The notes below the pieces were generated by a model, which ran no database searches, was not told the DNA's origin, and saw only the letters and a program-made list of their open reading frames with translations. Positions 29,074 through 37,400 of a DNA stretch of 64,000 nucleotides are shown here, in pieces. Source of the DNA: Candidatus Peribacter sp. (lineage in GTDB: Bacteria; Patescibacteriota; Gracilibacteria; Peribacterales; Peribacteraceae); the NCBI GenBank assembly GCA_030647195.1, contig JAUSKD010000010.1, positions 197-64,196 on the forward strand, given 5' to 3'. Position numbers and translations under genes: made by a program. Numbering within the stretch: the stretch's first letter is position 1; the number at the start of each line of letters is the position of its first letter.

Positions 29074-29694
29074 TCAGGATTTCACGATGATCTTCTTCGC
29101 TTTCAGTTCCCCGAGCGAGAGCTCGCGGCTGACCACCCCCGAGAGCAGCTCCTGAATGCGCTTGGCGTCCTTGAGGTTCTTGCCGTGCAGGTACAGTTCC
29201 ATGTTCTGCAGGATGGCACCGGCCACCTCGCGCGGATGGGGAACATTATCGAGGGAGATCGTGCCTCCGGTGGAGACTTTCTCCACCGAAATGGTGCCGT
29301 AGCGAAAAAGTGTTCCCGAGATACCCTTGATCTCGTAACTCACGCCCTGGATATCGCTGAACAGCACTTTGGTCGCCGTCCGATGGAACCAGCCGTGCCA
29401 CTTCACATCGATGAGCGCCTGATTCGTGACAAGCCAGGCGTCGAGGAAGTAGTCGAAAAAATTGCGCACCCACCAGACCAGCGAGAGCACGCTCGCGAGT
29501 GCGACGAAGTAGAAGATGATGAGAAAGGGGGCGATGGCGAGGAACACCCACGAAACGATGAATGCGGCCGTGGGCCAGAACAGGCGCACGAGGCCCAGTC
29601 GCCAGTGCGTGTGCAGGTAGAGCCGCACTTCTTCGTCGTCCTCCAGGTGTTTCTTGAAGAACCAGCGGTTGAGGGAGTCTAGGAGCGAACGCAC
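29074..29694 (-). CDS. membrane protein with bacterial PH (YdbS/YdbT-like) domain
   Basis: GTG start. Two TM segments followed by a DAWLVTNQALIDVKW...GTISVE beta-rich domain. It is a paralogue of 53496-54071. Confidence 0.6.
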   Translation of the reverse strand: MRSLLDSLNRWFFKKHLEDDEEVRLYLHTHWRLGLVRLFWPTAAFIVSWVFLAIAPFLIIFYFVALASVLSLVWWVRNFFDYFLDAWLVTNQALIDVKWHGWFHRTATKVLFSDIQGVSYEIKGISGTLFRYGTISVEKVSTGGTISLDNVPHPREVAGAILQNMELYLHGKNLKDAKRIQELLSGVVSRELSLGELKAKKIIVKS

Positions 29695-29700
29695 GCGAGC

Positions 29701-29745
29701 AGTGTAGCAGAAACCCTACACAACATCGCCCTCATCCTCTATACT
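29701..29745. promoter_or_regulatory. back-to-back leaderless-type -10 boxes for the bPH gene (minus strand) and lepB (plus strand)
   Basis: TACACT (c29706-29701) lies 6 nt before GTG c29694. TATACT (29740-29745) lies 7 nt before ATG 29753. Confidence 0.5.
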
Positions 29746-29752
29746 GGACCAG

Positions 29753-30373
29753 ATGCAGAAGAAGCCCGTCACTCTGTGGTTCCATTTCTTCGACGTCCTG
29801 CTGAACATCGTCATCATCGTGGCGGTGGTGGCGGGCATCCGGACATTCCTCGTTTCGCCGTTTCAGGTGGAAGGCAATTCCATGATCGACACACTCGAGA
29901 ACCGTCAGTACATCATCATCAATAAACTTTCGTACTTTCTTCATGCGCCCGAGCGCGGTGACATCGTCGTCTTTCGCCCGCCGAACACGGATCACAGCAA
30001 ATTCTACGTGAAGCGCATCATCGGCCTGCCCGGTGACGAAATCATCATCCGTGATGGCGACGTCTTCGTGCAGAGCGAAGGCTCGGGCAAGGAACTCAGG
30101 CTGAACGAGACATACTTAAACGAGCGCAATACAGACCACACCTACGTCGGTGCCGCGGGAAGCGGCGAAGAGAAGCGCTATGCTGTTCCCGAAGACCACT
30201 TCTTCCTGCTCGGCGATAACCGTCTGGGCAGCCTGGATTCGCGCTCCTTCCGCAATGCCGAGAACGAACCAACGCCCTTCGTGCCGCAGAACGACATCAA
30301 GGGCCGCGTCTGGTTCGTGGCGTTACCCTTCAGCAAAGCGCATGCCATGGAGGCACCGGCGTACGGATTCTAG
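29753..30373 (+). CDS. lepB: signal peptidase I
   Basis: FQVEGNSMIDTL (catalytic Ser), GDIVVFRPP, YVKRIIGLPGD (Lys) and FLLGDNRLGSLDSR. Confidence 0.9.
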   Translation: MQKKPVTLWFHFFDVLLNIVIIVAVVAGIRTFLVSPFQVEGNSMIDTLENRQYIIINKLSYFLHAPERGDIVVFRPPNTDHSKFYVKRIIGLPGDEIIIRDGDVFVQSEGSGKELRLNETYLNERNTDHTYVGAAGSGEEKRYAVPEDHFFLLGDNRLGSLDSRSFRNAENEPTPFVPQNDIKGRVWFVALPFSKAHAMEAPAYGF

Positions 30374-30455
30374 GGAACTGGGGATAAGGGAACTAGGGAA
30401 CTCGGTTGATGAACCGATTCCGGTTTCCCTACTTCCCAAGTTCCCTATTTCCCTT
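30372..30455 (+). terminator. long imperfect hairpin built from (GGGAACTN)n units after lepB
   Basis: Left arm agggaactggggataagggaactagggaactcgg. Right arm ccggtttccctacttcccaagttccctatttccct. Confidence 0.5.
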
Positions 30456-30536
30456 CGCTAAACCACTTGCATCAGCCCAAAACCACTGTAAAATGAAGGT
30501 ATCTGCCCCTGCGGGCTTTTTTCTTCTAAGAAAGCA

Positions 30537-30728
30537 ATGTTTAAGAAGACCTCCGATTTCCTTCGCGGCGCTGTCGAAGAGCTGCACCACGTTCGCTGGC
30601 CCACCCGTCAGCAGGCTGTGCGCCTGTCACTCATTGTGGTCGCATTCGTCTTTGGTTCGGCTGTCATCTTCGGGGTCGTGGACTTCGTCCTCTCGCGCCT
30701 CGTGACCCTCCTTCTCTCCTTTACCTGA
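30537..30728 (+). CDS. secE: preprotein translocase subunit SecE
   Basis: 63 aa with ELHHVRWPTRQQ followed by a single TM. It lies immediately upstream of nusG, the conserved gene order. Confidence 0.85.
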   Translation: MFKKTSDFLRGAVEELHHVRWPTRQQAVRLSLIVVAFVFGSAVIFGVVDFVLSRLVTLLLSFT

Positions 30729-30736
30729 AACATCCT

Positions 30737-31282
30737 ATGGGCAAACAGGATCCGAATGCAGGTCGCAACTGGTACGTCGTGCACACCTACGCGGGGTATG
30801 AAGATGCCGTTCGTCAGGCCATTCTGCAGCGCGTGGAATCTTTCGGCATGCAGGATTACGTGCTGGATGTGCGCGTTCCCAAAGAGAAGCAACTCACCTT
30901 CAAGAAGGGCGAGCCCGTTGAGGAAGAACGCAAGCTCTTTCCCGGTTACGTGCTGGTGGACATGATCGTCACGGACGAGAGCTGGTACCTGGTACGCAAC
31001 ACGCCCAACGTTACGGGGTTCGTGGGCTCGGGCAATATTCCGGTGCCCGTCACGCCCGAAGAATTCGGCGTCATCGAGCGGCGGGTCGGCGAGCAGGAGG
31101 CGAAGTACAAGTCCGACTTCCAGATCGGCGACCTCGTTGTCATCATCGACGGTCCGTTCAAGAACTACGAAGCAACCGTCTCGGCCGTGGACGTGAACAA
31201 GGGCAAGCTGACCGTGATGGTGCTGATCTTCGACCGCGAAACTCCTGTCGAACTGGACTTCACGCAGGTCAAAAAGAAGTAA
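30737..31282 (+). CDS. nusG: transcription termination/antitermination protein NusG
   Basis: WYVVHTYAGYEDAV (NGN domain), FPGYVLV, and a C-terminal KOW region (GDLVVIIDGPFKNYEATV). Confidence 0.9.
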   Translation: MGKQDPNAGRNWYVVHTYAGYEDAVRQAILQRVESFGMQDYVLDVRVPKEKQLTFKKGEPVEEERKLFPGYVLVDMIVTDESWYLVRNTPNVTGFVGSGNIPVPVTPEEFGVIERRVGEQEAKYKSDFQIGDLVVIIDGPFKNYEATVSAVDVNKGKLTVMVLIFDRETPVELDFTQVKKK

Positions 31283-31293
31283 GTGTGCGTCCT

Positions 31294-31683
31294 TCAGGAA
31301 GGATTGCCGAAATCCGTCGGGAGCAGAATGAGAACCCCGTTTACCGATTCCGGGTCGATTTGCTGCTCGGCGCCATTGGCGTCGATATAACTGATCTGGT
31401 GGAACTGCTCAGCATCTGTAGCCATAAGGACGAGCGCCCGGTTCCCGACGTCTTTGCGTGTTATTGCACGTGATTCCTCGTACACCTCACGGACGAGTCT
31501 GTATCCAAAATCTTCGCGGTCAATTTCACCTGCCTCTCTGCTCATCTGCAATTTTTGCCAGAGAGGGTGTGCTTTGCATGTCTCAAGAATTTTTGCTCGC
31601 ATCGCCGCACCAATCTCCCCCAATGCCGGCTTGGGAGCATCGGTTAGGTGCTCGGGATTTGGAGTGTTTTGCTTCTCAGGCAT
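31294..31683 (-). CDS. hypothetical protein
   Basis: The ORF has coding-like composition. I chose ATG c31683 (MPEKQNTPNPE...) because TATAAT lies 6 nt upstream. The track starts at GTG c31728. Confidence 0.5.
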   Translation of the reverse strand: MPEKQNTPNPEHLTDAPKPALGEIGAAMRAKILETCKAHPLWQKLQMSREAGEIDREDFGYRLVREVYEESRAITRKDVGNRALVLMATDAEQFHQISYIDANGAEQQIDPESVNGVLILLPTDFGNPS

Positions 31684-31772
31684 ATTGTGATTATACATTA
31701 AATTATTCATTTCATCAACTTCACCCACTCCATACTCCCTTCTCCATACTGCATACTGCGTTTCAAGTACAC

Positions 31773-32051
31773 ATGCCCGCCCGTCACCTTCTAATCACCG
31801 GCTTAGTCCAGGGAGTCAATTTCCGCCACGAAGCAAAAGCCAAAGCCGACGCCCTCCATCTCACCGGCTGGGTACGCAACAATGATGCCGACGGCTCACT
31901 CGAGATGCACATCGAAGGCAGACCGGATGCCCTGAAAGAATTTGAGCAGTGGTGCCAAAATGGCCCACAGCCGGCACGTGTGGAAAATGTGCAGGCGAAG
32001 GACGATCCCGAGGATTACGGCAAGAGCTTTGTCGTCCAGATGTCGAGTTAG
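31773..32051 (+). CDS. acyP: acylphosphatase
   Basis: 92 aa with ITGLVQGVNFRHEAKAKADALHLTGWVRNNDADGSLEM, matching the acylphosphatase signature (V.G.VQGVGFR ... GWV.N...G.V). Confidence 0.85.
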   Translation: MPARHLLITGLVQGVNFRHEAKAKADALHLTGWVRNNDADGSLEMHIEGRPDALKEFEQWCQNGPQPARVENVQAKDDPEDYGKSFVVQMSS

Positions 32052-32067
32052 TAAGACAGTGTGAACA

Positions 32068-33366
32068 CTACCGGGCCGGCTTGTGTGGCAGCAACAGAGC
32101 CAGGCCCGCCATTTGGATGACGTGTCCGATGGTGTAGCCGAGGGGGAGGCTCAGGATCCCGATCGCAGGTGCGAACCACCAGGCGATCGCAACTGCCACG
32201 ACCGCATTCAACACGTTGAAGATGGCCGGCCGGGTCGTGTCCTTCAGGGCGAAGTAGGCACGGGAGAACAGGTGGTTCAGGCTCTCGAAGGGAATAGAGA
32301 AGGCATAGAGCGTGAGGCAGAGTGTGAAGAGTGCTGTCTGCCTCTGCAGGTGCACCAGCCAGATGGCGACTGGCGTGAGGAGTACGAGCGCGATTGCGCC
32401 CGGAACGGTGAGAACAAGCAGGTACAAAATCCCCTTGCGCAGATACACGCCGTAGCGGTGCCACTCCCCTTTTGCGGCGGACTGACTCAAGAGCGAGAAA
32501 ATGGAGAGCGCCAGTGCGATGCCCGAGACGCCGATAATAACGGATTGGAAGTTACGGGTGTACGCGTTCACGGTCACCGAACCTGCCGGCATGCCCGAAG
32601 CTAGCCCATCAAAAATAAGGAGCTCCACGTAGAGCATGGCGAGCGCGATCATCCGCGGAAGCATCAGCAGCCCCAGCTCACCGATATCCGGGTGCCACAG
32701 GGTGATGCGGGGGCGGTAGCCGCGCGAGAGCAGTGCAGAAAGACGCACGAGTGTACAGAGAACGGCGCCGAGCACCGTCCCGAGCATGGGCCCCAATTGG
32801 CCGTACACGGGCGTCAGCCACACCGTGCCCGCGATCGTACCCAACGTGTAGAGAATGGGCGCAATGCCGTACACCCAGAATCGCTGCACCGTGAGCAGAT
32901 ACTGCCCGTAGGCGTTGGCGAAGACAAAGAGGAGGTTCGTGAGCAGCGCCAGACGCGCAAACTGGATGTAGAGCGCGAGATCCGCCCCCGTAAATTGCGT
33001 CAGGTGCGGTGCGAGCCAAGGCAGCAGCGCTGTGAGCACAAGGGCGATCACGCCGAAGCCGATGGAAGAGACAAAAATCACGCCGTTGAGCAGCTTTTCC
33101 ATCTCGCGCTCGTCGCGTTCAACGTGATAGCGCGCGAGCAGAGGGACCAGCGCAACCGAGAACCCCGCCATGATGAAAATCTGGAACAGGAGATCAGAGG
33201 GCCGAAACGAGGCGATGTAGACATCGACCGTGCTCAGGCCCGGGAACGTCTGAGCAAGAAGACGGTCACGCATGAGGCCGACCACCGATGCACCGAACTG
33301 GGTGACGGCCAGCACGGCCGCACCGCCGAGGATGCGATGCTGAAAACGGAGAGCGCTGAAGCGCAT
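32068..33366 (-). CDS. murJ: lipid II flippase MurJ (MviN family)
   Basis: About 14 TM segments with N-terminal GASVVGLMRDRLLAQTFG-like motif. ATG c33366 lies 6 nt after TATTCT. Confidence 0.8.
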   Translation of the reverse strand: MRFSALRFQHRILGGAAVLAVTQFGASVVGLMRDRLLAQTFPGLSTVDVYIASFRPSDLLFQIFIMAGFSVALVPLLARYHVERDEREMEKLLNGVIFVSSIGFGVIALVLTALLPWLAPHLTQFTGADLALYIQFARLALLTNLLFVFANAYGQYLLTVQRFWVYGIAPILYTLGTIAGTVWLTPVYGQLGPMLGTVLGAVLCTLVRLSALLSRGYRPRITLWHPDIGELGLLMLPRMIALAMLYVELLIFDGLASGMPAGSVTVNAYTRNFQSVIIGVSGIALALSIFSLLSQSAAKGEWHRYGVYLRKGILYLLVLTVPGAIALVLLTPVAIWLVHLQRQTALFTLCLTLYAFSIPFESLNHLFSRAYFALKDTTRPAIFNVLNAVVAVAIAWWFAPAIGILSLPLGYTIGHVIQMAGLALLLPHKPAR

Positions 33367-33422
33367 GAAGCAAGAATAGCAAGAGTGAGCGCAAAAAGCA
33401 GCCTGATTCATTCGGCAAAGGC

Positions 33423-34214
33423 CTACCGAGACACATCATCCAACACCGCCTGCATGTACTGGAGCGTATTCAGTCCCTCGACGATGCGCATCGCATTGGT
33501 TTCGCGATTCAGGAAGATGAAGGAAGGCGCAACGTAGATCTGCGAATCCGTTTCTGCTGCGGCTTTGTCATCGATCACGAGATCATAGAGCTCTTTCTGC
33601 TCGATACAGGTCTGGAGTTTTGCCGTGTCTGCACCGACCGTCGAGGCCGTCGAAAGCAGGATGTTCAACGGAAGGGGGCTTCCGGTTTGCTTCATCAAAA
33701 GGTCAAGATATGCCCAGAAGGCATCATTCCCCAGTTGCGCGGCAACGCACTCCGTCGCCATACCGGACCGGTAGTCATTCTCATTGTTCGAGGCCGGATA
33801 ATGGCGGAAAACCCAGTGGATGCGATCCTTGTTCTTCTCGAAAAACTCATGCATCTTCGGGTGAACGAGTTGTGTGTAGAGACTGGTCAGAGCGGCATAC
33901 TCCACCACGATGATCTTGGTTCCGGGGTCGCCCAGAATATGCTCGTCCGCCTCAATATCCGTCAGAAAAACGTACGGGCTGGGTTCTGCCGGCAGCGGTT
34001 TGTCGCCGGTGTACTGGGCGACATCCTCGAATTTCTCCAGCGTAGGCTGGGCCGCAGGGGCGATCAGGGGCGCGGGTGGCTGTTCCGGGGAAGCGCCATG
34101 AAACGTCGGTTGACCGCCGATGAGCCAGTTCGCAAAAAAGTACCCGCCGATGAGCACGAGCAGACAGAGCGCGACGACAAACCAGACCTTCGTACGATCC
34201 TGTGATTCCATCAT
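33423..34214 (-). CDS. DsbA-family thioredoxin-fold protein lacking the CXXC active site, membrane anchored
   Basis: N-terminal TM segment. The stretch GDPGTKIIVVEYAALTSLYTQLVHPKM...FRHYP...ATECVAAQLGNDAFWAY matches the DsbA/Thioredoxin_4 layout, but the F-x-C-P-x-C position reads A-L-T-S-L-Y. Confidence 0.7.
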   Translation of the reverse strand: MMESQDRTKVWFVVALCLLVLIGGYFFANWLIGGQPTFHGASPEQPPAPLIAPAAQPTLEKFEDVAQYTGDKPLPAEPSPYVFLTDIEADEHILGDPGTKIIVVEYAALTSLYTQLVHPKMHEFFEKNKDRIHWVFRHYPASNNENDYRSGMATECVAAQLGNDAFWAYLDLLMKQTGSPLPLNILLSTASTVGADTAKLQTCIEQKELYDLVIDDKAAAETDSQIYVAPSFIFLNRETNAMRIVEGLNTLQYMQAVLDDVSR

Positions 34215-34401
34215 GAAGCGAAGAGTACGAGAAGAAAATGTTCCCGCCTAGACTCCATGACTTGACTCGAAATATTCCTATTCACAAATAGCACTTTGAT
34301 CGAACGAGGACACAAGAAAATGAATACGCAATCGATTGACCTCAATGCAAGGAAAGTCATGTGCATCTATAAGGAGTGCACTGCTACTCTTGCGTATAAT
34401 T

Positions 34402-37400
34402 ATGCGAAAACTGCTCGGTCGCATCACCGTTTCGATCGCGCTCGTTATCGTGATGGTTCTCGTCCTGCAACAGAATGTGACGCCGAAAAAGGGGAAATAT
34501 GAGCTTGCAGCAGAGCTGATTGGAGCGAGCATCTGCCCCACGGGAACCCACGACTTTAACTGTAAGTGTGATCGGGCCAAAATCGCGTCCACAGAACAGA
34601 TTTCGGAATCAGAGGCGGGCGGCGTGAGCGTGTATTGCTGCGCGGAAAAAGAACTGGGTTTCCTCACGCGCATGAAGGATACGACCAATCCCACGGATGC
34701 CGATAACGCGTATCAGGAGCTCGTGACTTTTCTGGATGCCTACAACGGAATGAAAGACGAAGGGCCGGACCTGCTGGAAAATTGGTTGCAGAACAACTGC
34801 GATAAGGCCACCTGTGATCAGTGTGACAAATTTATCGATCTCGTTGGCGGAAGCGCCGGGAGCAATCCTTCATCGAATAATAACTCTTCGGACAACAATT
34901 CCTCGGCCAACAACTCTTCGGAGGGCGGAGGCTCTTCTCGGGGAGGCACCTCGTCGAAAGGTGGCGGCAAGTCGAGCGCCGCAGGCGGAAGTTCCAGTGC
35001 AGGGGGGAGCAGCTCGAGTGAGGCCGCATCCAGTTCCAGCGCAGAGGCGAGCTCCAGCAGCGGTCAATCCTCCTCCGGAAAGAATTCCAGCACTTCTGTC
35101 GGCAGCTCGAGCGAAGCGAACAGCTCTTCATCCGGCGACTCCAGTTCCAGCGAAGAAAGCTCCAGCAGCGAAGACTCCTCTTCCTCCGCCTCAGAAGAGA
35201 GTTCGAGCAGCGAAGAATCCTCCTCCTCTGAAGAGAGCTCCAGCAGCGAAGGTTCTTCTTCATCCGAAGGGAGCTCAGAATCCTCCTCTTCCTCCGCGAA
35301 TACGTACTACGTCATCTGCGACAAGCCGGATCCCAAGGGCTACTGCTGCAAAGCCAGTGACAAAACATCGGGGAAAAAATGCGATGCGCTGGGGAGTGCG
35401 GATACCTGCTACGACAAAGGAGCGACTCCTGCGGCTGGTGACAACAAGCCCGGCAACTGGTACCTCGCTCAGCTGAACAAAGAGGAAAAGCAGGGAGTGC
35501 AGAATAAATGTATGAAAGAGGGAGGCGGCACGGGTACCGGCGGTGCTCCCGAAGAGTGCAAGGGGACATGTGGCGACGGACGCGTCGACAAGGAGGGCGA
35601 CGCCCCTGAAGAATGTGATGAAGGAGAGGCCAACACAACCGATCCCAATACAGAAGCAGAATCCATTACCGAATCCGACAAGGCCGTCGAGAGCCGGGAC
35701 GGCACCGTGAATATCCCCAAGGGAATATCCAATGCCCGTGAATCACTGACAGGGCCGATACCCTGGAGCAAGGCCTGGGGGGATCAGTTGAAAAAAAGTA
35801 ATTGCGACGACACATGCAAATTCACCAAATGCGTCGGGGTCAATCCATCGGCCGATACTTCGGCCTGTCTTGCCATTCATACCGGTGACAACAAGGAGCC
35901 GCTCTGTCAGCCGGTCACCCATCAATTCGTGAATGGAATGGGTCCCTACCTCAAGCCGAAAGGAGGCGTGACTGACGGAATGCAGTTGACCCTCGATGAT
36001 GTCGAAACGAATTTCGGCGCGTGTTCCAATCTGCCCGGCCGCAGTACGACCGGAAAGCTGTTCGCTCTCGGCGGCGGGCAGGATGTCGGCAATCCCGCCG
36101 AGATCGACGGAGGAGTGGAGGACGATATTGAATACGCGCAGCAAATCTCCACGACGGACCTGATGGCGACTGTACTGGTTGCCGGAAAATTACTGGCACT
36201 GGATCCCGCCAATAAGTGCGATGACGGGGCGGGCAATAATGTGCCTCCGGAGGATACGGATGTGGCTGAGGGGGCAGATTGTGGAAGATACTGCTGGGTA
36301 GAGAAAGAAGGAGGAGCTCGATGCACCTTCGGAGGAGAATGTCCGAGTGGTACTTGTTACTACTTTGATGTGAATGGCAGAAAAAAACATTGTCGTGGAA
36401 GAGCGGACGGAGTGGACCTGCTCCCCGACAATAATTGTCGTGCCGATAATGGTTTTTGCGCCTCACTCGTCACCTATCACAACATGGCCACGTGCGGCTC
36501 GCGCGAAGACGCCACTGGCGGAATGATGTGGTGCATTAATCACAGCTGCAAGAAACTGGCAGTGAAGGAGCGCCGACGTTCCGACCGGCAGGACAATACT
36601 CCGGCTCCGCCTCCGGGACAGGGTGGCATGCCTCCCGGCGGCGGTGGAGGCGGAGGCGGGTATCCGAGAGGATCTTCAGGAGGCTCCACTGGAGGTGGCT
36701 CGACCGGGAGTACAGGCAGTGGCGGCAGTGGCGGCAGTGGCGGCAGCCCCGGCCCCGGAAGCAGCCGCGGGAGCAGCGTTGCCTCGAGCAGGCCCAGCAG
36801 TGCTGGTTCTAGCGGGAGTGGTGGGAGCAGCAAAGCTTCTTCCAAGTCTTCTTCCAAGAGTAGTAGTAGCAGCAAGAGCGGAAGCAATGATTCAGGTGGC
36901 GGCGTAGGGAGCAAATCTTCATCTAAATCGTCGTCCAAATCTTCTTTAAAGAGCAGCAGCTCAAGCGGCCCGAGCAGCGCAAGCACTGGAAGCGATGATG
37001 GTGGTGGAAACAGCAGAAGGAGCAGTAACGGGAGTCAGGGCTCCGGGGGCAGTGGCGGCAGTGATGGTTCAGGAGGAAGCAGTGGAAGGAGCAGCAATGC
37101 AAGTAATAGCTCTGGAGTCAGTGGCGGCAGTGCCACCAGCAGTCGCAGCAGCAGTATGCAGGACTGCTGTCGTTATTCCGCTCCGACAATCAACGGAGAG
37201 ACCGGCGAGGTGTTCTGCCGTGACGGCACCCTGCAGCCGGATGGCCGGTGCCGCAACTGCGCGGGCTGCTACAGCAGTAGTAGCAGTAGTAAGAGCAGCA
37301 GCGTTGCCGAGTGTTGTAAGTACCAAAGCCCCATTTACAATGCAGAAACGGGGGTCTGGTATTGCCAGAAGGGAGAGCTGCAGGAAGATGGCCGATGCCG

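Noticed and set aside
34371-34376. AAGGAG as a Shine-Dalgarno site for the 34402 gene.
   Set aside because: It lies 25 nt upstream of ATG 34402. The in-frame codons at suitable spacing are CTG/CTA, so it is probably fortuitous. The start of this gene remains somewhat uncertain (ATG 34345 and TTG 34336 are alternatives).
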